64,000 nucleotides of DNA, from positions 1,542,981 through 1,606,980 of the forward strand of contig NW_003314301.1 in NCBI RefSeq assembly GCF_000143415.4. The letters are read 5' to 3'. The position numbers and the translations under genes are program-made. Positions 34,614-46,035 of the stretch are shown one piece after another. Numbering within the stretch: position 1 is the stretch's first letter; each line of letters starts with the position of its first letter. The notes below the pieces were generated by a model, which ran no database searches, had not been told where the DNA came from, and was given only the letters and a program-made list of their open reading frames with translations. The DNA is from Selaginella moellendorffii (lineage: Eukaryota; Plantae; Lycopodiophyta).

Positions 34614-35965
34614 TCACGTAGAAACGCTAGAAGTACCCGATGTGTATTGCTCGAGAAAGAGCTGGATCACCCTCCAGTAGCGATCGCCGCCTCTCAACCA
34701 CGTATCCATATGCATTCCAGTTGGGAAGTCCACGAACACGCGCTTGTCGTTGTGACGAGCAGCGTCGAAGAGCTGCCTCATGTGTAGCGGCGGAACCATC
34801 TCGTCTCGCAAGCCGGACAAGAACAAGAGAGGCTCACGGATCTGGAAGAACCAAGTGAGCAAACAGAGAAAGATTTACGCGATAGAAAGAATAAACCAAC
34901 CTTGCTGACGAGCTCGTAAGTGTTCCATGGCGATCGCACCAGACAATTCATGAGCTTGATGCCCTTGGCTTCCGTGCCACCGATGACCCACTTGAGCGCT
35001 GGAAGTAGAATCCCGGCCATGTCCAGCACGGACGTGAAAGTGTTCTCGAGGACCAAGGCGGAGACCTGTCCAGAATCTCGGCTAAATCATCGAGGAAAAA
35101 AAGAAGCAACGCTTACTTTGCCGGGATTGTTCTTCACGAGTGCGGCACCGACGGCCCCTCCCAGCGATCTCCCAAACACGACGATTCTCGACGTATCAAT
35201 GTCTTTTCTCTGCGAAAGATGGTCCAGCGCTGCCTGGAAAAGAGAATGCCGCTTTTGTGTTGGAGTGAACTGTGCTTGGTGTTTGTTTACCTGAGCATCC
35301 AGCACGATTCCCTTTTGCGTTGGCCGTCCATCGCTTGCGCCATAGCTGATCATCACAAAAGCTTGTCAAAACCAACATCATAGAAACGAGAAAAAGAAAG
35401 AGAGGAAGAACTCACCCGCGATACGAGAGCATGAAAACGTTGCATTTCAGTCGAGCCATCATCACTTGGACGAACTCAAGCCTGTGAGCAATGTCTGCTT
35501 GCAAGAAAATTCCAAAGGCACCAAAACTAAGCACAAGGGGAAAAAAAAAAAACAACGAAGAACAAGGAAAGAACTCAAACGAAGGAGAAAGAAAATGCTT
35601 TCATACTTCCGGCATTCTCCTGGAAGAAGAGCACAGTCGGAGCTGCCAAGACAAAGAACATTAAAAATCCACCGAAATATCCAAATCTCTCCATTTCTCG
35701 ATCGATCGATCGATCTCCTACCTTTGAGGCTGAGAGATGGATTCGAGAGCTTGATGAACCAGCTGTGGAGGCGGATCCCATCCAGCGATGTGAGCCAGAC
35801 GTCCTCGTAGGCGAGATTGAGGCGCGCGGGAGTGATTGGATAGCCCTTGGACAGGCCGGGGATGACTGGGACGTAGACGAGCCTCTCCTGGAAGACGACG
35901 AGCAGCACGACGCAGGTACACACCACGCCCCCCGCGCCATACAGCAGCCCGCTTACCCAGTTCAT
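34614..35965 (-). CDS. WAV2: Alpha/beta hydrolase WAV2 (Bem46/ABHD13 family)
   Basis: 'FQERLVYVP', 'FFQENAG', 'SYRGYGASDG.P', nucleophile 'FGRSLGGAV', 'LENTFTS', 'SGLRDEMVPP.HM', 'GMHMDTW'. Confidence 0.93.
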
Positions 35966-36204
35966 CGCCCAGCCCAAGAACCCTAATTCTCCACCTCTTT
36001 CTCCCCTTCCATTCTGGAATCTTTCATGGCAAAAAGAAAGTATCAAATTTAGACCATCTCTCATCTTTACAAATGGAATTTTTTTGCTTGGAAGCCTTTA
36101 GAGTTTCCAAAGCATCAGAGCTCTTTCGTCTCGATCGAGCTCCATAGCTTCCTTGTCTGAGGGATCGAGAGGAAATCGCCCAAGAACGAGACGAGCTTGG
36201 ATTC

Positions 36205-37432
36205 TTAGAGATAGAGCTGGATGAGCTCGTCGCTTACAGCCGATGGCGTCAACACTCCCAGATCCGTGAAGAGCAGCGTCAAGTAGTGAGGAGGGGTGTA
36301 GTCTCTGGCCGGGTTACTCGATTCTTCCTGGCCCGTGGAGATTGATAGATCCTGTTGATCCAGAGGATAGAGCCGCGCAAACTGCAAGAAACTCACTCAG
36401 TGAAGGGAAAGAGAGCTTTGCTCTTTACCTTGAAGCTCTCGGCAGCGACGTAGAATGGACGTTTCATGCTGTGAGCGATCAAGGCGACTTGGAAAGTCCC
36501 GATGACGTTGATGATCCCACCGCTTTCCACCACGCCATCGGCTCCGACCAGCACCATGTCCACTCTGTCCATGGTGTAAGCCACCGCCGAGTCGACGATC
36601 ACGGTCACTGGGATCCCGGCGGCGCTAAGTTTCTTCGAGACCTCCATGCCAGTCTTCTTTGGCCCGCCTTCTACAACAAAAGCACAAAGAGCCCTTTAGA
36701 ATTCCTCCAACGTTCTCGGAAGAACACACTAACTGCAGAACTTCCAAAGCTTATGGAAGAACTATCCGAAAGATCTATAGTACTTATAGAATCTAAAGTA
36801 AGAACTAGGAACTCCTGGGAAGAAAAGACACAGTACCTGTGACGATGACTGTGAAGTTCTTGCCGTTGTTAGCAGCGAGCTTGAGGAGCGCGAGGACGAC
36901 GCGAGACGATCCATGGACGAGGATGCAGCAACCATCTTGGACGAAATCCTGGCCAAGAAGAGCGATCGTCTCTCGAGCCTGCATTGCAACTGTGAGCTCG
37001 CTTGATCGATCGTTCACAGCACAGATGCAACCAATGCACTGACAAACCTTGAGAGAAATGTCGCCAAATCTCTCGCCCCGCTCAATCAATCGCGACTTGC
37101 CGGCATTGATATCCTCGTACTCGAGCGCCGAGGTTCTCGTCACGTAGCGCATGAAGAGATCGCAGCCGGCGGACAAGGAGATCGAGCTCCTGTCCCACGC
37201 CTGGAGTGAAGATCCAGCTAAGTGAAGTGAGCTACGCGAGAGGAAGCAAGAAAACCTTGAGCATCTCGGAGGCGTTCTTGAGCTCGATCTCGAGGCCCAT
37301 CATGGTGCTGGCTTGGCTGCGCTGGATGACCGCCGTGAGCGCCTTGATCGCCGCCACCGCCTCCGCCAGCTCTGGCCGCTGCCGCCATCGATTGAAATCG
37401 CCAATCACTTGCTCCTCCTCCTCCATTCCCAT
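36205..37432 (-). CDS. Translation initiation factor eIF2B subunit alpha
   Basis: 'AVAAIKAL', '[15 protein letters not shown]', 'LVHGSSRVV', '[16 protein letters not shown]', 'FARLYPLDQ', '[32 protein letters not shown]'. Confidence 0.95.
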
Positions 37433-37470
37433 AAACCCTAAAACTCTAAACTAGAGATCCATTGAAAGAG

Positions 37471-37552
37471 CAAGTGAGTTACTTGCTTCGTTCTTAGAGC
37501 TATCGCGAAGAACAAGTGAGTTACTTGCTTCGTTCTTAGAGCTATCGCGAAG
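37471..37552. repeat. 42-bp tandem duplication with an internal hairpin
   Basis: CAAGTGAGTTACTTGCTTCGTTCTTAGAGCTATCGCGAAG occurs twice (37471 and 37513); the first copy includes the inverted pair AGCAAGT/ACTTGCT. Confidence 0.9.
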
Positions 37553-37568
37553 ATCTTTACTTTGGATC

Positions 37569-40500
37569 TCACGAGTCTTGTGTCCAGTAGCTTGAGAGAC
37601 AGGACGAAGCTGGGGTGTCCACGATCGACACCCATTCCCAGTTGGATCCATCTCCGTCTCGCTTGAGCTCTGCTAGCTGCAAAGATCACACAAACATCTC
37701 GATCATCTCCCCCAGAAAACTTCAAGAAAAACACGTACTCTGCCATCTCTCAAAACGAACGCTACCGTGTCTTTGCTCGAGGCCACCGGACGCACCGAAT
37801 CGATCTGCAAAAGAAAAGAACAAGGAATTCCTTGCAGAGTGAGCGAGATCGATCAGCTTACCGTAGTATCGCACTCGCCCTCAAACGAAACCAGCAAGTC
37901 AGCCGCATTCCCTGTCTTTGAATCTTCCACCACGAAGACATGCCTCTTCTCGTCACTTTCACCCGCAAGAGGATGCCCAAAGTCCCGCCATCTCCATTTT
38001 CCACCAAAAAGCTGCCTTGCGTGCACTCTTCCAGTCGAAGAAACCACGAAAACGCTGCCATCTTCGTCCATGCACGGGCCGGGTGAGGTTGCGACGTAGC
38101 TGTTTGGTGCTGGAGTGCCGTGATCTGACCAAAACCATCCATTTGCTGAATCCCAGCCGAACTCCACCAAGTTTCCATTCTCGGAGCGCATGAAGAGGGA
38201 TCCGGAGGTGCTGAGGAAGCTGGGCCTGTAAACCACGCCTGGAATCGGTGAAAGCCGGAGCTGTGTAGGCTGCTGCTGGTAAGTGTGCCAGAAGCTTGTG
38301 ACCCGATTGAACTGGTACAGCTTCCCGTTTGTGCCAATCACAAAAATGACTCGGTATCTGAAGACCTCCTGGTCGACAATTGCAGCAACCGGAGTATCTG
38401 GAGGGTGACCGCAATTCTTCCAGCTAAAAGCTCGAAACGCTACCTGGAAACAAACTGTTAACGCACGCACTAAAGCTTGAGAAATACGTGCTTACGATGA
38501 ATTCGAGCAAGTCTCCACCGGGAGAAATATAAAACTGCGCATCTGTTCTTACGTCGCCGAAATGGCCGTCCCAGGGACTACCAGAGATAACTGTCGAGCC
38601 CCCCACGAGAGCCGAGCAATTGAGCCACTGTAAAGCGTTGCCATTCCACTCTCGCATAAGCAAGCTTCCATGGAAGTCCGTCACAAAAACGCTGGCATTG
38701 TAAACTCCCAATACCGCACGAATCTGGAAGGCAAAGTCGTGCCGCAGCCACAGCCAGACCTTGCCGTTGAAGAACCGCTCTGCTGCCGCACCATCTCGTC
38801 CAACGAAAAAGATGGACTTTCCGAAAAGAAGTGCCCTTGCCCGGAAGAGGTCACCACCTTTTCCTATTCGAAACCATTCCTGTACCGTAGAACCACCATG
38901 AAAAATACCCTGCTGCTGCTCCCTGTGATCACCTGTGAAGTCACTACTTCTGTCCATAATGCCTTCCAAGCAGTTTGAAGGTCCAAGTGACGTCGAGCAG
39001 TAGTCGGAGTTCCCACCCTCACTCTCCGGGGCCTCAAACACCGACCATACGTAGTCTCCATCCCGTTTTTTCGCCAAGCTCGAACGGGATATCGGTCCTA
39101 CACTGGTACCTCCAAAGCCGTCTAGATGTAACTCACCAAGCCGTCCATCTTGAAGTGTAAAGAAGATCCTCTCCAGGCTCAAAGCTACGCCGGGAACTGA
39201 AACCATCACGGGTGCATCGGCTGGCCGACCGTGATCCGTCCATGTTCCGTTATGCAGAGCGACGGTGGTGCTTTTTATATTTCCTGCAATGTTCTTTCGA
39301 AGTTCAAAGCTCAAAGAATGAAATAAGAGTCCTGGAAAAGAACCTTGTACCGTGTAGAAACGGCAGGTTGTACTCGTAGACCACACCATGCTCCGACACT
39401 AAAAAGAACGAGAGATTCTTGGTGTTTCCATTCTTCACAGTAAACACAGGTCCTAGAGACAAGCTTAGGCGAGCATTCGGCGGCTTTGCATGCAGCACCC
39501 AGCGCCATTTTGCTTGAGCAAGTCGTCTTTCCACCAAAAGTCCGTTCTGCAAAAGAATGATCTCAGTTTTCAGCGAAATAATCGAGGTTTAGCATCTATA
39601 TACCTTTGTCAAGAGAAAAAGAGAGAAAGTGCGGCTCCCTGCAAAATCACGAGCTGAAAATCCACTTACGGGTGCCAACTCGTAGTCTTCAACAGATGAG
39701 CCGTCTCGAATGTGCTTTCTCCAAGCGGGCTTCGCGTTTGCATCGTATTCATAGAGGTCGCCATTTGTGCTGAAACGGAAAACCTGTTTCATCTGAAACC
39801 GACAAATATCTGGCTACCTGACAGTAAAAATTACCCCGGCTCTAAAACCTCCAGCATCGACTACATGGCCTACATCGCCCCCACGAGGATGACCATGGTT
39901 TGTCCACCTATATTGAAAGTTACAAAATCAAAAATCAAAAACGCAAATATCAGTCCTGGAAGCGTACCTCACAGGACTGAGGGACCATAATTCTGCTAGC
40001 CAACCATCTGCTGTAGTGAAGAACAGAGAGCTTCCATCACTAGACAAAAATGCAGACTTTTTTAGAAATATGCTGCTTGATTCCGTAGAGGGCGTTGAAG
40101 ACGGCCAGGGCCCCGAGCTTGCCCAGTGAAGATGTCCTTCTGCATCTATCTGAAGCTGCCAAGCACCGAACAAACTCTTAGAACATAGTAATTATAAAAA
40201 GCGTAGGACACGATCAAACCTGGTACAATCTTCCAGAATCGGAGAGAGTTAGCATAGTTCGGTTGACAGAGTAAACGCCAGTTCCATACCCTGCTGAGTC
40301 CGGTAAATCATGTGGAATGATCACCCACTGGACTCCATTCCATAGCCTCTCGTAAATAGACCCGCTGTGGCCACTGCTCCAGAGAGATACTTCAGTAAAT
40401 TTTATCAGGGAGACCCTTCCACTGTAAGGATGAATAAACTCAGTCTCAGTATCTGTTGCTGCCCTCTTGATTTCTCCGTTGTTGTCCCTTGGATTCTTTC

Positions 40501-40714
40501 TAGTAAACTTACTGATATCCACTTTCAACCAAGCGCCAGAAGCTCGATCGTAAGTCCAGAATTCAGTAGCGTGCTGCTCGAATTCAGAGTGGCCAGGGGT
40601 CAGCACTGAAGATACTTCGAAGTACTGTGGGGAAAATTTCTGAGAGCTGCAGGCAGATGTCTGGTATGCTATAAACAACAACCATATCAGCCTTAGACAT
40701 GAAAAAACTCCCAT
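37569..40714 (-). CDS. Large secreted beta-propeller protein of unknown function (lectin-like blades)
   Basis: Signal peptide (MGVFSCLRLIWLLFIAY...), Trp-rich repeats 'W.(D/N)HG.P', 'ERLWNGVQWVIIPHDLP', C-terminal 'WEWVSIVDTPASSCLSSYW'; multi-exon. Confidence 0.8.
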
Positions 40715-41164
40715 GATCAACCAAAGCGACTCATCAATCTGCGCCTTTCAGCTCATTTCAAAAAAGCAAGGACGAAAATAAAAAGGTTAAAAAAAAAGAA
40801 GAAAAATGAAAAGAACAAAACCACATAGACAACGAATAGTAAACTACTAACCAGTCGACTTGACAAAGACAAAGTCAGGAAGGATATACCCACAAAAAGC
40901 CAGTCACGTAAAGCTTTTGGAGACGGAAAGAGAAGAGCATTCGCTTAATCACGGAAAGAACCATAGACACATAAGGCCCGCCTAGAATCTCACTTTACCG
41001 GCTCAAATAAAAAAAATCTAAACTGCTGCAGTCACCTGCATTCATCAGCAAGCACAAATATCAAACAGGACCGAGTAAAGTGAATGGAAATTCTACCTTG
41101 TATGACGACATGCGCAAGAACTCAAAGACCCTACACCGGAAACATTAGTATATGCATAGTGATG

Positions 41165-41998
41165 TCATCGAACCACAAATATTGCCTCGAATCCGGTCTC
41201 TGAGTTTTCGACATCCTTTTCTTCTACATCGGCTGCAAAACCCGGAAAATCAAACTTCCTGAAGCACCAACTAACCACACTCTTACCAAAAACTACGTCG
41301 GGAACTTCTTCGTACGTATCCAGCTTGAGTTTTCCATCGCAATCGAAAGGCCCCTGCAACCACAACGGTGTAAGAAGAGGGTAGCAAAGTTACGAGACAA
41401 CTTTACATCAGCTTTTGGAGCAGGCCGAGGCCACACCGGAAAGATTTCTGTCCGGAAGGAGAGCACAGCCTTGACTCGTTTTTCCATTTCTACAAGCAGC
41501 ACAGCATTAAAACAGGGCACAAATTCCTCCTTAAAACGTTAACACACCTTGGTGTTCAAGCTTTTGCCGGAGAGCTTCCATATCATCCCCGGTGAAATGC
41601 ACCCTCTCGATTCCCTGTTTCGCCCACTCGTCCGCCTTGCTCTCCTGAGGAGCCGCCGCCGCCCCTGACCAGAGAAAGAGAATTCAAAGGCTAGAATTCC
41701 AACATCGCTTACCTCCAATTTTTGCTCGCACATTGGAAATATTCCTGAGAGGCGTTCTCCCAGCATCGATCTTGTTGCCCAGAGGAGCGATCTTAGGCTT
41801 GGGCGTCGCGGATGGGAGCTGCTGCTTGTTTGTGATGTTCGACAGCTTCGGCCGCTGGATCGTAGCTGGAGGAATCACGGATTTCCCTGCCGGCAGCGCA
41901 ACAGTCGGCGCCAGCGATCAAAAGGAAGAGATCTTACCGCTCATCGGAGCCGCATTCTCGTCTTGCGGATTGAATCGAGGAGCCACGCGCGTCGCCAT
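41165..41998 (-). CDS. Securin/PATRONUS-like APC/C substrate
   Basis: N-terminal QDEN (DEN box), two D-boxes (RPKLSNITN, RTPLRNISN), a 'WAKQGIERVHF' block and an acidic tail; short multi-exon gene. Confidence 0.6.
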
Positions 41999-42275
41999 AC
42001 CCTGAGATAGATCTTCCCGCCCAGGAGGAAAACCAAAACCTCTTTACTGCCCTAACATAAAGGAATATGCTAGCATCTTAACGGGTATTTTTTAGTAACT
42101 GTCCACGTCGACATTAATACCATACACGGTCGCAATGGCAGCTTTTTTTTCCTGAGCCAAACAAAAGGTCTGAAACACTGACCACGAGAACTCGATAAAG
42201 AGATGGATAGATAGGATAGATTTCTAGAAAAAAGAATGGAGGACTTGGAAATTACACGCTCTTTGCGAGTTTCTT

Positions 42276-43521
42276 TCACGACCTTCGCCTTCTTCTAGCG
42301 CTGTAAATTCGATCGCTTCGATCGCTACTGCTGCTGCTCGAAACAATCTTGCGGAGTTTGCAGCTGCGTTCTTCTCCCTCGGCATCACTATCACTTCTTA
42401 AAGGCACCACCTGATGATAGCAACAGTGTGTATGAATCTCCCCGCGAAACAGAGAGAAAGAAAAGACTCACTTGATCTATCGTTTCGATCGTTGAAACTC
42501 GAGGGTGGTGTTTTTGTTGAGAGCCGGACTTTGTGGAATCGGAGTTTGCATCTCTAGCTGAGCGCTTATCTGATCCACCAAGCCACGAGAACATCAGATC
42601 AGAGTTGAAAATCAGCAAATGAGCTATTTTTTTTCTCTCCTCTTGTTTACTTCTCTGGTGGTTTTGGGAGAGTGACCTGTGTCAGCCGTGGAATTCCCAG
42701 TGGACGACACTGTTGAGCGCTTGTTTATCCTCTCCAGCCACACCGATGCCCGGTTCTCGACGTCGGGAACCTCTGGAACATCGTCCTCGAGCTCGTAGGC
42801 AGTGGAAGTTCTGCAAATCAGTCTCTCCTTGGCCTTGGGAGGAGTAGCGGCAGTTGGATCAGACTGATCGTCCACAGCACCCGACTTGGATGATGTAAAG
42901 TGCCGCACCCAGGGGCTGGAAAATATGTTTGGAGATGGAAGCTCCCAAGAGTGGAGCCTTCGACATGGCAATGGTTGCCATCCACCACCTTGCATCACCT
43001 GTGAAGAAAGAAACGAAGAACAAACTGACTTGAGAGCTTGAAAAGTTTATAAACGAAGAACCAACCTTGAAGAAGCTAAGAGGCCTGGATTCCACACAGT
43101 CTTGATCACACGAAGAGGCAGCCTCGCCACAGATATCCACAGCACAGTACTCCCGGTCATACATATTTCTCACAAACATCTCCTCCATGCTGCTTAGATA
43201 CGAGGAGTGCCTGTCATCCGTCCAGGCCGTGTCCAAGGATTCTTCCTCCTTCTGTCAGAATCACAAGCGAAATCGCTCGAATTTCCAGAAAAAAAAAGCA
43301 AGCAAGAGATATTTCATCCATACCGTGTCATCGCCAGAGTAGTTCTTGGATTGATTGGAGGTCTCGGATGTTAGCGTCGACGATGGCGACGACGAAGCCC
43401 TGCTCCGCAATCTCGACTCGCCGCAAGATTCCCTGTCGTGCTCCCACGATTGAGCTGCATTCGGCGGCAATCTGTGGTGGATTGTGGCATTGGCGACTGC
43501 GATGTTCTTACTCCCAATCAT
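42276..43521 (-). CDS. Cold-regulated protein COR27/COR28-like
   Basis: 'WTDDRHSSYLSSMEEMFVRNMY', 'SPWVRHF' and 'DQVVP' motifs of the COR27/28 family. Confidence 0.85.
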
Positions 43522-43759
43522 CGTATTCGAGCGCAGAGGAGATATTTCGGCCAAGATTCGCAAGAAAGCTCACCTCCGGCAGCTCCAATCCAAAGCCCTA
43601 GCAAGCGCAACGCCAATCGATCTCCTCAAGATCCGCCAAGCATCACGCTCATCCGATCCAGACAATCACAAAACGCAAGGGTAGCATGGAGCCAAGGCGG
43701 TGGTGAAGCTACCAGGAATGAAAGCAAAGCTTATCGGCCTATGAGAAGTAGGCACCGAG

Positions 43760-43899
43760 GAATATGCCGCCGCCATGGGGCTAGACAACCACGTGGCAAG
43801 CGGTGGACGAAAAATATCGCGAAAAAGCGCGGGCCACGTGGAGTACTCTGGGATATTTATGTGATGCCAGATATTTTAACAGTGACAAATGAAAATATC
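43760..43899. promoter_or_regulatory. Evening element plus G-box/ABRE module upstream of COR27/28
   Basis: Evening element AAAATATCT on the minus strand (43869-43877), EE-like AAAATATC at 43811 and 43892, CACGTG at 43790 and 43835. Confidence 0.65.
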
Positions 43900-43905
43900 G
43901 GGAAA

Positions 43906-43976
43906 TGCACTGCCCGGGAATCGAACCCGGGTCTGTTCCGTGGCAGGGAACTATTCTACCACTAGACCAGCAGTGC
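43906..43976 (-). tRNA. tRNA-Gly (GCC)
   Basis: Reverse complement GCACTGCTGGTCTAGTGGTAGAATAGTTCCCTGCCACGGAACAGACCCGGGTTCGATTCCCGGGCAGTGCA: 7-bp acceptor stem, A box, GCC anticodon, TTCGA T-loop. Confidence 0.97.
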
Positions 43977-44014
43977 CTAACATATCAAATCGACGTTTAG
44001 CGGATAATTTTAAG

Positions 44015-45920
44015 CTAATTACCAGCTAGAAACGCTTCTATCTCCAGCCATCCAGAAGCTCGATACAAAACTCCTTCCTCTTTTCTCCACGCTGATCGAG
44101 AGCTTTGCTGGACGAGGCCGGAAAAGAGTGGCACGATCTTCACTCCAAAGGCTTTGGAGGCTCGATCGAGGCTGGAGCTCGTTCCTAGAACAATTCCAAT
44201 GTCAGCTCGGAGCAAGGCTAGCAGATCCGTGAGGCTGTCTCCAATGAAAATCACAAACTTGTCGTCCGGAGCGTGTAGGATCTCACGAAACATCGTCTCT
44301 TCCTTGTCAATCGGTGTCTCGACGCGTCTGATCAAGCTCCCGGTTGTAAAGTTCCCATCGTTTTCGAGTTCGTTGGAATGGACAGGAACATTGGTGATAT
44401 TCTCTGGCATTGCAAGAGTAAGAACAACGAAAAGGAACAAAACTCGTCTCACCTTTGGAGAAAGCTGCTTCAATGAAGGTCCGGCTCCAGCAAACCGAGA
44501 GGATTTGACAAGAGATTTTGGAACTTAGCCTGCAAAGCACACTGGCACAGCCAGCTTGAAGTGCCATGTTTTGTCCGGCTTGCTTGATATCATCGATCTT
44601 AATGCCTTGGAAAACGCGGGAGGCGTCGATTTTCGCGTTCCCTTGCTTCTCAAACTCGGAAAGAACTTGGAGAGCCTCTTTGATCGCATCGTAGTCGTAC
44701 TCTTCACACACAAAGAAAAACAATATGGTCAGTTCTTTCCAACATTTACGAAACAAAGTCTACCATTTTTCTCGCGACCACCACGAAGAACAACTTCTTC
44801 CAGGAGTTTGGAGTAGTCCCTGAAATACTCGTCCGAGAGGCTGCTCCATTTCCTCCTTACATCTGGATCGACCGCCATAGCCAGCTCCGCTAGAACTGGG
44901 GATGAATCAGAGACGGTGCAAGTAGAATCAAAATCAGAGATGAGCACGAAGTTGCGATCCTTGAGTGCTACACTCTCTAGCAGCGGTACAAAAGCGTTGC
45001 TGCCATGCACTTCCTGGGCATCGAAGAAGCTCACCTCGTACGCTATGGCACGGTGATACAAACTTTGCATACTCTGAAATTCCGCTGCCGTAGTCTCTTG
45101 AGCTTCCGAGAGTCTATCGAGAAGCTGCTCGAGTCGAGTAGCAGCAGTCTGCCAAGACAAGCTAGCTCAGAACTAGATTCAAACATAAACATCCAAGAAC
45201 AAACTGATTTTACCTCGAAACCAGGCGACGAGTAAGTCGAAATCCAGTCGCGATATGGATGATTTTCTCGAGAGAAAACTCTCGTCTCTTGGCCTAGGAA
45301 GGCGTAGAGACGCATGCACGGAGCCATTGCTGCCAGAGTGAGCATCGGCACCTTAGTTTTCTCGGATTCAATTTTCTTCCCAGCAGCCACTGCGAGGAGA
45401 AAATCTGTGTAGGCACAAGTTGCTGGCGATGGTGGTGTATGATCGAAGTTCCAAGCCTGCAAGAAGGCAAATTCTTACAAATCAAAAGACGAAAAAAAAC
45501 AGAAAAGAAAAGAAAAGCTTTGCAAGAGACCTTCATGAGGGAAGAATGGAGCTCAAGTTCCTCGTACACAGCCTGTTGGAGCTTGCAAATCTCAGATTTA
45601 ACTTCTCGATCATCGCTGCGCTCTATGGCCAAACCATAGCTAAAAGAAAAATGTGAACAACAACAGGAAAATTCTGTCGATTGAGCTTACGCTTTCGCGA
45701 ATGCCGTCAGGAAGAAGGAATCCTGCGCTATAAATCGCTGGAAGCTGTGAAGATCCAGCGTCCCAGCAGCGATGGACACCACAAATGGATGATACAGACA
45801 TACCATTGCCTCGCGCTTGGATTGCTGCCACAAGCGCTTTGAAATGGATGGCTCCATCGCCTGAGCGCTTGCCAAGCTCCTCAATCCTCTGGCCACTACA
45901 TTTCTAAGCAAACACGACAT
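44015..45920 (-). CDS. TH2: Bifunctional TenA + HAD thiamine monophosphate phosphatase
   Basis: TenA motifs (YHPFV, FIAQDSFFL.AF, AMAPCMRLYAFLG, WISTYS) followed by HAD motifs (SDFDSTCTVSDS, FIGDSLTDLLALLRADIGI). Confidence 0.93.
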
Positions 45921-45958
45921 TACCTAAAATCTATGGAATATTTCCCAACGAATAAAGA

Positions 45959-46012
45959 GAATATGCTAAAAATATACCTCAGAGAATATTCTATTCGAAA
46001 AACTGAATATGC
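45959..46012. promoter_or_regulatory. Three P1BS (GNATATNC) motifs upstream of TH2
   Basis: GAATATGC 45959-45966, GAATATTC 45984-45991, GAATATGC 46005-46012. Confidence 0.55.
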
Positions 46013-46035
46013 TAAAATTAGATTTTTAAAAAACC

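Noticed and set aside
40880-40887. Second ATATCCTT U12-type donor on the minus strand
   Set aside because: It lies in non-coding sequence with no convincing branch point or AC acceptor
43780-43905. tRNA-Gly-snoRNA dicistron
   Set aside because: A T-run follows the tRNA closely and no C/D box pair is evident
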